64,000 nucleotides of DNA from the human T2T-CHM13v2.0 reference genome, Homo sapiens, in NCBI RefSeq assembly GCF_009914755.1, contig NC_060926.1. The stretch is one strand, 5' to 3'. The notes under the pieces were generated by a model that was not told where the DNA came from, made no database searches, and saw only the letters and a program-made list of their open reading frames with translations. Position 1 is the stretch's first letter, and every line of letters starts with the position of its first letter. Below, piece after piece: positions 27,688 through 41,239 of the stretch. A program made the position numbers and the translations under genes.

Positions 27688-28067
27688 TGTGTTTAGTCCA
27701 TTTTCTGTTGCTATAAAAGAATACCTGAGACTAGGTAATTTATACAGAAAAGAGGTTTATTTAGTTTACAGCTCTGAACTCTGGGAAGTCCAAGATTGGG
27801 CAGCCACATCTGATGAGGGCCTCGTGCTGCTTCACAGCATGGCAGAAAAGTGGAAGGTCATGGGAGCATGTGTGTGTAAAGGGCAAAATACAAGGGGTGG
27901 CCCCGCCTTATAACAACCCACTCTAGTGTTAACTAACCCAGTCTCTTGAGAATGTGACATGAATCCCTCTTAATGACCTAATCACCTCTTACAGGCCCCA
28001 CCTCCCAATACTGCCACAATGGGGACCAAATTTCCAACACGTGAATTCTGGAGGACACACAAGATAG
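27688..28067 (-). mobile_element. MST-family MaLR LTR
   Basis: TAGTCCATTTTCTGTTGCTATAAAAGAATACCTGAGACTAGG...AATCACCTCTTACAGGCCCCACCTCCCAATAC. Confidence 0.8.
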
Positions 28068-28234
28068 ATTAGAGCCTTGTCTCTGAATGATCTCTAGACC
28101 GTGCATGGTGTTTAAATTAATTAAAATGAAATAATATAAAAAATTCAGTTCCCTAGTCTCCCTACCCGCCTTTGAAGTGATTAGTAACCACATTTGGCTA
28201 GTGACCACCATAATGGAAAAGCAGGTCTAGATCA

Positions 28235-28742
28235 TTAGTTATCAAGGCGTGCTTCCCATTCCCTTTCCCTACCCCCAGACCAGCAGCATTAGCATCACCT
28301 GGGAACTTGTTAGAAATGCAAACTGTGGGCTGGGTGAGGTGGTTCACTGCTGTAATCCCAGCACTTTGGGAGGCCAAGGCGAGTGGATCTTTTGAGCTCA
28401 GGAGTTTGTGACTGGCCCCGGCAACATGGCGAAAACTCATCTCTACCGAACACATAAAAATTAGCCAAGTGTGGTGGTGTGCACCTGTACTCTCAGCTAC
28501 GTGGGAAGCTACAGTGGGAGAATTGTTTGAGCCCAGGAGGTCCAGGCTGCAGTAAGCCTCATGCTAGCACTACTGCACTCCAGCCTAGGCTACAGAATGA
28601 GACCTTGTCTCAAAGAAAAGGAAAGAAAAAGAAAAAAAAGAAATGCAAATAGCAACTCAGACACTCTGGATGTGGGCCCAGTCATCTGAGTTAAAGAAGT
28701 CCTCCAGGTGATTCTGATCTACATTAAAGTTTGAGAACCACT
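28235..28742. mobile_element. MER5A split by an Alu
   Basis: CAGCAGCATTAGCATCACCTGGGAACTTGTTAGAAATGCAAA...CCAGGTGATTCTGAT...AAGTTTGAGAACCACT. Confidence 0.85.
28328..28638 (+). mobile_element. AluJ
   Basis: J-type dimer; AGAAATGCAAA duplicated at 28312 and 28639. Confidence 0.9.
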
Positions 28743-28749
28743 TAGTCTA

Positions 28750-29140
28750 TCTAGAAATGGACCAGCCCTCAGTCTCTCTGCCTTTTTGCTCAACCATCAC
28801 TCATAGTGTTGTTCTCATCTTCAGGGTAGAAGCTGGCCAGCTAGGAGCACTTCTGCATTCTACCCTTAGGAAGGTTGGGTGCTGGGGAGAGGCGACAGAT
28901 TGGACAAGCAGTTTTCCTTTTTTAAAGGCTGTTACACAACATTGCCCACATCCTTTTGCTCAGATCCCATTGAGTAGAGCTAAATGGCCCTACCCTGTTT
29001 CTGAGGCTGGAAATTGTAGATTAGTTGGCTGATCATGTGCCAAGTGAAAACTTGTGGAGGTGAGATGGTGGAGGAAGTTGTTCTGTTCCTGACAGGAAAA
29101 AACAGAATGGATACTGAAGGCAGTTTGCAGTTTTACTGCA
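28750..29140 (-). mobile_element. Old MLT1 (I/J/K-like) LTR fragment
   Basis: TTTGCTCAGATCCCATTG...GAGGCTGGAAATTGTAG pattern; very diverged. Confidence 0.5.
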
Positions 29141-29734
29141 ATAGGTGGGCACAGTTTGATTTATTTTGCAACCTAGACCTTAACCTTGATTTTATTATTT
29201 CATAGTCTCTGATCTTCACTGGCATACTGGGTTCCTCAGAAAAGTGGAAGACATGAAGTATGGATGTATATAATACCCGAGGAAGTCTCAAAGGTACTAT
29301 GAAATATGTCTAAACGTGAAAGGTGCCCGAGAGAACTTGAGTCACCAAGATCAGCCTCTGACCAACTTCTTTAATGCAGAGAAGGTTGTGTGTGGTGCAT
29401 TGTGTGGGAGGCAGAATTTAGCCCTAGGTGTAACTGTTCAAAGGACAAGTATGAGTATCCTAAACCTACTCTACAAAAATAATAACCATTAACATTTTGG
29501 TCTGTCTACCTACCTAGATTATAAATATAAAAAAGAAATTGGATTATGCTTTTGTGTGGTTTTGCAGTCTGCCTTTTCCCTATACCTTATAGCACAAATA
29601 CCTTCCATATCAATAAATACATGTCTGATTGTTAACAAATTTCTGTCATGGGATATTTCAATAGCTTTCACTTTCTGATTTATAATTAGCACTATAGTGA
29701 ACATAGATATACATTTCTACCCACAACAGCATAT

Positions 29735-30370
29735 TGAAGTAGCATTGTTGTTTGGGGTAGATACCTGGGGTTTGTCATCTCACACTGAGAAGATTAACGA
29801 CAGGGACACACACACAGAGTGGGTTAAGGAATGGAAAGTTTACCAGGCAGAAGAAAGGAGAGAGGAGAGCAGCTCTCTCTCTTGTGAGAGAAGGGTGTCC
29901 AAAAATGGGAAAAAGGCTGGCCTGTGGTGGACCTCAGCAGGTTTCATAGGAAGGCTTGAGCAGCGGTGTCTGATTTACTTAGGGCCCTCCGGTTAGATTG
30001 ACCAGGTGTAATGTTTACAAAGCACATAGGGAAAGCTGGTCACCCCACCTAATCTTATTATGCAAATGGGCTTTCCACTTGGCCAGGCCACCTTGTCTGC
30101 TTCTTGTTGTACATGTGGCTGGCAAAAAGAGAAGATGGAGCCGCCATTTTGAACATGCCTAGTCCCAGGTAGTATATTACTATGGGCACAACTGCTGGCA
30201 TTCACCCGTGCAGGCTTCCAGCTTGCTTGTCTATGTCTGCAGCTCGATTTTACAGGCTGCTCTTTGTTGGAAAATTATTTTGGGGCTGCTTGTCATTAAA
30301 GGAAAACCTTACCAAGGACTCCTGTACCCTTACTATCTGCCTAAGTAATTTCTTCTTAACTTCTATACCA
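29735..30370 (-). mobile_element. LTR9-family solo LTR (second copy, different subtype)
   Basis: TG...CA termini, perfect 4-bp TSD ATAT (29731-29734, 30371-30374); homologous to 16186-16765 but with extra internal segments. Confidence 0.82.
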
Positions 30371-30418
30371 ATATGAGCAGCCCTTTCCCCCATCCTGACC
30401 ACCACCAGGGTGGTCCCA

Positions 30419-30680
30419 TTTTTTTTTTTTTTTTTTTTTTTTGAGACAGGGTCTTGCTCTGTCACATAGGCTGGAGTTAAGTGGCATGATTACACCTCAC
30501 TGCAGCCTTGAACACCTGGCCTCAAGTGATCCTCCTGCCTTATCCTCCCAAATAGCTGAGACTATAGAAGTGCACTGCTGTGTCCCTCTAATTAAAAAAC
30601 AAACAAACAAACAAACCTTTTTGTAGAGATAGGGTCTGGCTACATTACCCAGGCTGGTCTTGAACTCCTGGTCTAGCATC
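30419..30680 (-). mobile_element. AluJ, 5'-truncated
   Basis: Poly-T, GAGACAGGGTCTTGCTCTG...CCAGGCTGGTCTTGAACTCCTGG. Confidence 0.9.
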
Positions 30681-31149
30681 CTTTTTAATCTCTGCAAATC
30701 TATTAAGCAAATTTATAAACTTAAACACGGTTAATTCTTGTTGAAATTTCCATGTCTTTGATAATCATCTTAGGGGTTCTTAAACTGTACTCCTATGCCA
30801 TAGAAACTAGACACAGGTGTTTTGCTGCTCAGATCCATAAACTGGGTAAAACAATAATATCTTTTCTCACTTAGCCAAAATAATATTATAGCTTTCCTCT
30901 ATTTGAAGCTTTTCCTATACATTTTTCTTAAACATTTGCTATATTTTGCTGCTTATTCTAGAATCTGGTCTAAGATAATGAAGATATATTTTTATAACAT
31001 CTTAAAGGTATATTTTAACTTTAAATTTAATATATCAATTATTGCTTTTTTTCTTTTTTGACCCTCATCCTCTGACTCTCAAATTATGTTTCTCATGAGT
31101 ACCTTGACTTCCAGGAAGTAAACAAGTTTGGAAATTACTAATCCCAGAG

Positions 31150-31390
31150 ACATAGGGCACCAAGGTTAAAGAGAGGGGAAGGCTCTGGACTCAAAAGTGC
31201 TTGTCCCAGCTGTGGTTCAACCAGCAGCATGATCTTGGATAAGCTATTGAACCTATCTGAGCCTCAATTTCTTCATATGTAAAATGGGATAATAGAACCT
31301 GTACTATAAGGTAGTCGTGATGGCTAAATCAAAAGGTGAGTAGAACACTGTCACACTTCACAAAATAATCATTAGCTGCTATTATTATTC
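31150..31390 (+). mobile_element. MIR
   Basis: GAGCCTCAATTTCTTCATATGTAAAATGGGATAATAG...ATTAGCTGCTATTATT. Confidence 0.8.
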
Positions 31391-32469
31391 CTTTATAGAG
31401 GAGGAAACAGTTACCTAGCTCATTACTCTTAGCATTTAAGTAACATGTTACATTTTGCTTATTGTTTTTACTGTCTTGAAATCACATGCTGTTTTTTTTT
31501 TTCTTATTACCAGAATATTGAGGTTTCTACTCATCCCAGTACTTTATTCTGGTAACAGCTCCCAATTGGTCTTTCAAAAGCAGTACCCCAGAAATATCCC
31601 TCGCAGTACCTTTCCATTCTGTGTAGTGGGGGTAGGACCTGTTACTGGGCCTCAGATGTACTCGTGTATACGCTGAACTCCTGTCTCTGAGAAACACTTC
31701 AGAATAACTCAGAACACCTGACTCTTTTAAAACTTTCAGATAATTTGTAATTGCAACCGACACTGGATATCAAGCAATTATACAAAGCTAATTCCTGATG
31801 GCCTGAGTAGAAACACCCCATGGTGTACTGCCTAGATGGTAATTATTTTTGTAATATTGGGAACTTTACATTCTTATTTTCTACTTGTTACAATTCTTCA
31901 AGTACCTTCAAAACAGCTGATTCAAGAAACCTGTTCGATATTCTGAGGGCAGAAATGGGAAGTGGAGTTTTTTCAGGCTTGGATAGGTTTGGAATTTGCT
32001 TCTTCCCCTTTAAAAAAGAATCCTTGAATTTGCTTCAGAAATGAAATACACAGTAAAGGTGAAGTTAGAAATCGGGTGGCAACCAACTTCCAATGCTGAA
32101 TATCTAATTCCTGCGAACCAGCCTTGCTCTCTGAAAACTGTGGCCATTTTCATGGGTTTTACTTGGCCTTATTTTATTATGGCTGCATCCTCTGTGTTTG
32201 CTGAGGCTTCTCAACCATCTGAGAGTAGGACCCCTTCATTTCTGGCAGTTCTGCTTTCAATGCTATTTCATCCAGAATTACTGGGGATATTATTACTTTA
32301 GTCATTGAAATGTTTAGTGTCAGATTAAAAATCTCATCAGACGTCAGTGTCTTTGATTTCACTCACATGACTCAGAGCATCATCCTGGGGATCCCTCAGC
32401 CTCTGGAAATGTTAAGGAGGTGATGACACATGGGCAGGGAGGGAGATTTCAGTCGATGTTCAGTACCTG

Positions 32470-32670
32470 GAGGCTGAACTTTGGCATCAGAAGGGATCTG
32501 GCCATGGACAGGCTATTTAATCTCACTATTTTTTGAGTCTTTAGTGACAGTACCCACCTCATGCGTTGTTGTGAATGTTAAGCTGATCTACTTAGGATGA
32601 TGAGCTTAGCACAGTATCTGGCACATGATAATTCTTCTATAAGCACTAGTAATTATCATTAGTAATATTA
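32470..32670 (+). mobile_element. MIR
   Basis: CAGTACCCACCTCATGCGTTGTTGTGAATGTTAA...CTTAGCACAGTATCTGGCACAT. Confidence 0.7.
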
Positions 32671-33209
32671 TTCACAGTAGACACAATTCTAGAGACACTG
32701 AAAATACTCTTGCCTCATGCTTTATATATTGAGACAGTAATAGTTCTCTAGTGGCAGTTTTTTTTTCTCAAGAGTTGAATAATTTACTTTATTCAGCTAT
32801 TTAATAATACTAATCATATAGTCTTAAAGACTGAATGTTCACTCAGTATTACATTAATAGGAAGAAAATGGAAATATTTTCATAACAGTTCTTAATGCTA
32901 ATTACCATATATGTCTGAAGTCATATCATTTACTCAATTTCTATGGTACCTGTCATAATAATACTTTAGAAAATGAAATAGTAATAATAATGACAACAAC
33001 ATCAACTTTTGCAGTTGAATCTGAATGAATATGGAGTTGGAGAGAATATCTGTCCAATTCAGGTTGTCATCATTAAATATTTCACAGGTTGTGAGTTGCC
33101 AACCTTTGCTGGACTTAAGCCCTTTAGAATAAAATGTATTTCAGGCCGCAGTATAACCTACCGGCTTGTTACCAGTGAGAGAGAGAGAGAGACAGAGAGA
33201 GAGAGTCAT

Positions 33210-33508
33210 TTTTAAAAAATACTTTTTGTTTTAAGATAATTATAGATTCACAGGAAGTTGCCCAAAAATGTACAGGGAGGTACTGTGTACATTTCACTGT
33301 TTCCCCCAAAGGTAACATCTTAAAAAACTATAGTACAGTATCAAAACCCTGACATAGACATTAGTACAATCCACAGAGCTTATTCAAATATGTAAACATT
33401 TTCTCCCCGTCTGTAACTGGTCTTTTCATCCTCTTCATGGGATCTTTTGTAGAGCAAAGGTTTTTAATTTTGGTAAGGTCCAATTTATCCATTTTTCCTT
33501 TTATGATC
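33210..33508 (-). mobile_element. L1M 3' fragment
   Basis: TATAGATTCACAGGAAGTTGC 3'-end motif, then AAGGTCCAATTTATCCATTTTTCC ORF2-region motif. Confidence 0.75.
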
Positions 33509-33512
33509 TAGG

Positions 33513-33680
33513 GTAGTTTTTCTCAAAGGCTTTTCCAGACAGTACCTGCTTTTGGAATCATTTGTAGTACCTATTACGAAACCCATTTGCTTGGGCCCCA
33601 CACCAAACACTCTGAATCAGATTCAAGGAATGGAGTCTGGTAGTCATTTAAGAAGCTCCCTAAAACCTGGGAACCACTGT
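33513..33680. mobile_element. MER5-family hAT MITE
   Basis: TTTCTCAAA...TGGGCCCCACACCAAACACTCTGAATCAG...GGGAACCACTG. Confidence 0.7.
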
Positions 33681-33994
33681 TTCAGAGAGATTGGCCTTGG
33701 GTCCTTTTTCTTCTTGTTCTGCCTTGTCTGTGAATCATGCCACTCACTCTTACCACCTTATCAAATATGTTTGGATAACTTCTAAATTTATCTTGTTAAC
33801 CTCTGTGATGAGCTCCAGAATAGGTACTTTGCCGGATACTCTTCTGTTATACAAAGAACATACTTAATAAATGGGTTATTTGTTAGGTATTACTTTTCTG
33901 GATCCCTTTGAACAGTATGCAGTAGAATATATATAACAAAAACCTTCCCAGTTAATGTTCATAAATTGTCAAAGAGGCAAGACATTGGTCCTGA

Positions 33995-34474
<480 letters not shown>

Positions 34475-34709
34475 ATTTTATACAATTTCTATTTGGAAAA
34501 AGATGCACAGTGCTTGATAAGTATCAATATGCCTATGGCTTAACAATCTAATTTTTAGATGGTTTGGTTCCTCTTTTTAAAATTTTCAAGTATTTTTCAT
34601 TAGCATAAAGAACTATTCCTTGGGTGTCTTTAATGAAAAATGACCTTTTCATAGCTGGATATTTTATTTGATGTTGGAATGTAATCAGAATATGAAAATG
34701 TCAATTTTT

Positions 34710-34763
34710 GTTTTATTTTTACGTTAGATTCAGGAGGTACATGTGCAGGCTTGTTACATGGGT
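34710..34763 (-). mobile_element. Extremely 5'-truncated L1PA/L1PB 3' tip
   Basis: TAGATTCAGGAGGTACATGTGCAGGCTTGTTACATGGGT; TSD TCAATTTTT at 34701-34709 and 34764-34772. Confidence 0.75.
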
Positions 34764-36199
34764 TCAATTTTTAAATGTCTCAATTTTATATCACTTGTTT
34801 TAACAAGTTAGACTTTTTTTTTACAAGTTGTATTCTCATTTTATATGTTCTCTGCAACCATTGCTTCTGTTTAATCCTTGTTTCTAGTTGCTACAGTCTC
34901 TTAAAAATTAAATTATCCCTTTAAGATGATAGAACATGCTTATGCTAAAGGTAGCAGCTAAAATGATGATGAAATACTCTTATATCTTAATCCTGAAAAA
35001 AAAATTATAAGTTTAGTGAGTAGTGCTTAATGATGTTTTTGTCTTAGTTCAATTAATTAGAGTTCAGTAGCCAAGAAAAGAAAGCTAATTTTGCCTTGGA
35101 TGTAAAGTTTGGATTTCACTTTTTACCACAGTGGAGTGGTCAAAGAATTCACAATGTCCATCCTGTAATTATAATATGCTACTGTATCATGATATCATCC
35201 TTCTGCACTTGCAGCCCTTTTGGGAGAGTCTGATGTCAGACAGCGTTGGTTTCTGTGTGGGCCTGCTACCCCTGGTGACAGGGAACTTGGTCACTCAGCC
35301 AGTCTCTACTAACTTCAGATGGCCATACCACCAGCATGTGCTGTGGGAGATACCAGGGGATCCAGTGACAGTGTGATTGGCTTTTGTAAACAGAGACATA
35401 TTCTCAAGTAAGTGGTCTCCAAAGACTGATGCTGGTAGGAATGTATGATATAGTCCAGGATGCTTGAATTCTCCCGCCCCCGCTTGGATGCCAGAATTTG
35501 TCTACAGTCACTTATAACATTGTCTTAACCTTCATGATAATTTGAAACAGTTTATCCTCCAGGATTTGAGACCCCAGAATTACCGTCTTTGACCATAGCT
35601 CCCTATCACTCTTTCTCTTTTTCACTTTTCCTTTTACTCAAACTGGCATTGCCCTAACTTCAGCCCCCAGCCTCCTTCCTGTCTTCTCTGTTCTTCTGGT
35701 TTGGGTTTCATGGCCTTAGCTTGGACCTCAAGTAGGCTAATTCAGCTGGACTGTCTAGTTTCTCTTACCTCTTATACTCTCTCAGCCATATGGCCAATAC
35801 TGACCTTGAGAAAACCCTAATGTCATTCTTTTACCTTTTACTCTGGGGATAAATAACTTTTTGCGTAAGATATTCAGGACACTGAGTTGATATTTTTATT
35901 CCCCCTGCTGCTGGGCCCTCACAGTATACTGTACTTAAGTGAGGATTACTTAATAATCCTTTCATGTCCTTCTAGTTGTTTCTACCTCCATGGGGGCTGT
36001 TCCAAGTGTTTTCCTCGCCAAGACCCTACTTCTGTCCCCATATCTCTGCAGAATTCTTGCTGCTTACTTTTCTAGTAAGATCAAGGCTATCAGATACATG
36101 TTTTCTCAATTTGTTTTTTTGTTTTGTTTTGTTTTGTTTTTGTCTCAAATTCTCTGCATTCTTACTGCCTATGCTTTCATTCCTCCTGTTTCAAACAAT

Positions 36200-36257
36200 T
36201 TGAAAAGGTCTCCTCTATTGCTCACCCATTGAAAAGGTCTCCTCTGTTGCCCACCCA
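36200..36257. repeat. 29-bp tandem duplication
   Basis: TTGAAAAGGTCTCCTCT(A/G)TTGC(T/C)CACCCA x2. Confidence 0.9.
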
Positions 36258-36374
36258 TCTGTTTCTTTCCTTAATCATATACCTTCCCACTCTTGTGAGA
36301 TGCTGATTTATCAGTTATATTCTTCCTTTATTGTAATTTAAATTTAGTAGCTCCTCACCATCCAAAAATACTCA

Positions 36375-36586
36375 GATCTCTCTCAGCCTCAGCATGGTTG
36401 ACATTTTGGGCTGGATAATTCTTTGTTGTAGGGCACTGTCCTGTCTGTTGCAGGATGTTCAGCAGCAACCCTGGCCTCTACCCACCAGATACTAGTAACA
36501 CCCTGGAGTTGTGACAACCAGAAATGTCTCCAGACATTGCCAAATGTCCCTGGAGGCACAAAGTTACTCCTCTGTGAGGACCACTG
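36375..36586 (-). mobile_element. MER20
   Basis: TTGACATTTTGGGCTGGATAATTCTTTGTTG...AATGTCTCCAGACATTGCCAAATGTCCC. Confidence 0.92.
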
Positions 36587-36905
36587 GTTTAGAAATGATT
36601 CTTGCAATCAAGCCATTCCAACCATCGCTACCCTCCTCTCATTCCCATCACTACAAGCTTCTCTGTGGACCACTCACTTCTTATCTCCACTGAATCATCA
36701 TCCAGTCAATCCTGAGTTAGGTTTCTGACAATACTCATTACTGGAAAATGCTCTGAGAGGTCTGCAGTGACCTGGCAGCCAAATCCAGGGAATGACTTTT
36801 TCTCAATTCCTTGATTGTCTGCAACTTTTAACACTGTCAGCATGTCATGGTATTCATCTCATGTATTCTTTTGGGGTCAGCTCCTATCTCCCTGACTGCC
36901 TCCTT

Positions 36906-37603
36906 CAGTGGTCCCTCCTTATCTGCAGTTTCAGTTACCCATGGTCAACCAAGGTCTGAACATATTATATGGAAAATTCCAGAAATAAACAAATCATACA
37001 TCTTAAATTACTCTCCATTCTAAGTAGCATAATGAAATCTCATGCCGCCCTGCTCTGTCCCACCCGGGATATGAATCATCTCTTTTTCCAGCATATATAC
37101 TGTCAACACATTAATCACTCAGTAGCCATCTCAGTGATCAGATGGTCATGGTATCGCAGTGCTTGTGTCCAAGTCACCCTTATTTTACGTAATAATGGCC
37201 CCAAAGTGCAAGACTAGTGATCCCAACAGTTCAGATATGCCAAAGAGAAGCCATAAAGTACCTCTTTTAAGTGAAAAGATGAAAGTTCTTGATTTAATAA
37301 GGAAAAAGAATAAAGCCTAAGCTGAGGTTGCTGAGAGCTGTGGTAAGAACGAATCTTCTATCTGTAAAATTGGGAAGAAGGAAAAAAAAATTCCTGCTGG
37401 TTTTGCTGTCATATTCAGACTGCAAAAGTTATGGCCATAATACTTGATAGATGCTTAGTTAAGACAGAAAAGGCATTAAGGTTGTGGATGGAAGACAATG
37501 AACAATGTTCCTACTGATGGTAATCAGGCTTGGTACTATCCATGGTTTCAGGTACCCACTGGGGATCTTGGAACATATCCCCCCAAAATAAGGGGTTCTA
37601 CTG
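36906..37603 (+). mobile_element. MER44 / Tigger7 deletion derivative (TcMar)
   Basis: TIR-like CAGTGGTCCCTCCTTATC...ATAAGGGGTTCTACTG followed by TA; decayed transposase N-terminus from 37237. Confidence 0.85.
37237..37420 (+). pseudogene. Tigger-type transposase N-terminal (CENP-B-like HTH) remnant
   Basis: Translates MPKRSHKVPLLSEKMKVLDLIRKKNKA*AEVAESCGKNESSICKIGKKEKKI; in-frame TAA at 37318-37320. Confidence 0.75.
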
Positions 37604-38074
37604 TACATACTTTCTAAATGTAGGTACTTCCCCCCCACTCATGTGGGCCTCTGCTGTGTGCTTTTTCACATTTTCTTATCCCCTCTCCCGCCTGTTAACG
37701 GTCACCTCCATGTGGATGATTTCCAAATATAGATTTGTCTCTTGGATGGACTCCATCCAGGCTTATGTGTCCTTTTGCCTTTCAATCGTCTATGTGACAC
37801 ATTAAAAAATATATTTCAACATTTTCAAAATCAAAGTTCTCACCTTCCCTTCTTTCACTGATCCCCATTAATGGTATCACAGTCCTTTATATCACCAGTT
37901 CCCCAAACATTTTTTGGCTGTATACTACATCAGTAAAAAGGTTTTGAGCATGTTACACCCAAAATATGTTTATTAATAAATTTGATACACATGCAATAGA
38001 ATTATGTTATATGAAATAGAAATTTTACAAAGATGAGGGAAGATGAAAATAATATTTAACATTTTAACAGTGAT

Positions 38075-38318
38075 GGCTGGGCACAGTGGCTCACACCTTC
38101 AATCCTAACACTTCCTTGAGCCCAGGAGTTCAAGACCAAGCCTGGGCAATATAGTCAGACCTCATCTCTACAAAAAATTTAAGGATTAGCCGGGTGCAGT
38201 AGCACATGCCTGCAGTCCCAGCTGCTTGGGAGGCTGAGGTGGAAGTTGTAGTGAGCCAAGATTGCGCCTCTGCACTCTAGCCTGGGTGACAGTGAGACCC
38301 TGTCTCAAAAAAATAAAA
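38075..38318 (+). mobile_element. AluJ with internal deletions
   Basis: TSD TAACAGTGA at 38065-38073 and 38319-38327. Confidence 0.88.
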
Positions 38319-38352
38319 TAACAGTGAGACCCCTGTTCTAAGATATTATTAA

Positions 38353-38697
<345 letters not shown>

Positions 38698-38876
38698 TGA
38701 ACTTCATTTTTTAAAAAAATCAAATTTTAATACTTTGTTACACACAAATTTAAGTATATTTTATTTTGATTTTTCATTTCAATGTCTTACTTGAAAAAGT
38801 TACCCTACAGACAAGTGGATTCAAATAGAAGAAGTATATTATTGCCTATACTTTTGAAGTCATAATATTCAAGTAT

Positions 38877-39055
38877 AATGGTGATTGCCAGAAATTGAGG
38901 AGAGGCGAGAATGGGGAGTTAATTTTTAACGGGTACATAGTTTTAGTTTGGGAAGATGAAAAGGTTCTGGAGATGGATGATGGTGATGGTTGTACAACAG
39001 TATAAATGTACTTAATACCCTAATTTTATGTGTATCTTGCCACAATTAAAAATAA
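38877..39055 (+). mobile_element. L1MB 3' end
   Basis: GAAGATGAAAAGGTTCTGGAGATGGATGATGGTGATGGTTGTACAAC...CACAATTAAAAA. Confidence 0.85.
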
Positions 39056-39576
<521 letters not shown>

Positions 39577-39948
39577 TTAATGTTAATAATTAATAATTGC
39601 TATTATTATTTCTATACCACTATCATTACTAATTGTCCCCAGGGGCCTATTCATAGTTCTCAGATAGTATCCTAATTTTGGCTCAGTAATCCATCTTATC
39701 CATTATGTGGCACATGGTCCCTTGTATATAGTGGGAAATAATTATTGACTAAATAATGTGATAACAATGGACTACAATCTTTTTTTTCTTTTTTTCTTTA
39801 GGGATTTCTATGAAAATGGGCATGGCTTCTGATTACATATTTAGTTCATTTAAATTTGATATCTTAAGTGTACTAATGCCACTCTGCATGTATTCATATT
39901 CACGGTAGAAATTTATAGTTAAGGCAGTTTAAGCTCATATAGCACAGA

Positions 39949-40485
<537 letters not shown>

Positions 40486-40566
40486 TGAGGCTTTTTAAAA
40501 GACATCTTAAAGTTGTGCCAAGTTAAAATAATTGCCTTGGACAACAGTGACTTTAAGATGATTTTA

Positions 40567-40887
40567 TGGGCCACATAATGACATTTCAGTCAATCATGGA
40601 CTGCATATATGACAGTGGTTCCATATGATTATCATATAGTATTTTTATGTTTTGCTATTTTTGTGTGTCTACATATACAAATACCATGAGTTACACTTGC
40701 CTACAGTATTCAGTACAATAACATGCTGTGCAGATTTGTAGCCTGGGAGCAATAGGCAATACCGTACAGCGTGGGTGTGTAGTAGGCTACACCACCTAGA
40801 TTTGTGTAAGTGCACTCTGTGATGTTCACACAATGACGAAATCACCTAAAGACATTTCTCAGAACATATCCTTTTCACTAACATGTA
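40567..40887 (+). mobile_element. Tigger3a (MER7A-like)
   Basis: CACATAATGACATTTCAGTCAA...GCCTACAGTATTCAGTACA...GATGTTCACACAATGACGAAATCACCTAA. Confidence 0.85.
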
Positions 40888-41227
40888 CATATGTTGTGAA
40901 AGTGTGATTGAGAACTGTCTTTAAGTGGATTTGATGTGGAAAGTATGTACTCAGAAAAAAGAAAAGGAAACACTTGGTGGTCTTAAACACTCACAGCTGA
41001 ACTCTGCCTTTTATTTTTCCCCCTTAACCAATATTATTTGACTCCTCTGACATCATCTCAAAAGTACCTGCCTTTTCTTTCTTCACTGGTTCCCAGGAAC
41101 CTTTCTATGTAGTTGTCTAGCTCAGCAGCCTACTTTCCAGCAAAATGTAATCCCAATTCCCACATCTCTCTTGGCTTTGCTGTTTCCTCCTCCTCTTTCC
41201 TCCTTTCCCAGTGAATCAGCAGATGTG

Positions 41228-41239
41228 GATGACGTCATC
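41228..41239. promoter_or_regulatory. Full palindromic CRE (ATF/CREB site)
   Basis: GATGACGTCATC perfect 12-bp palindrome with intact CpG in non-repeat DNA. Confidence 0.45.

Larger units (their letters stand above)
29440..31080 (-). mobile_element. Old L1ME relic interrupted by an LTR and an Alu
   Basis: ATAACCATTAACATTTTGG...CCCACAACAGCATAT[LTR]ATATGAG...CCCCATCCTGACCA continuity. Confidence 0.55.
35500..37900 (+). mobile_element. L2 relic with nested MER20 and MER44
   Basis: Pyrimidine-rich L2 ORF2-like sequence (GCCAAATCCA...TTTAACACTGT; GATGATTTCCAAAT...; CCATTAATGGTATCAC); very diverged. Confidence 0.5.

Noticed and set aside
27398-27913. Longest ORF (171 aa)
   Set aside because: Runs across the junction of a Charlie1 relic and an antisense MST LTR, starts at a non-ATG codon and resembles no protein I recognise.
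31514-31551. Short candidate exon after a poly-T tract (TTACCAG...CTG|GTAACA)
   Set aside because: Weak donor and no recognisable peptide; indistinguishable from background pseudo-exons.
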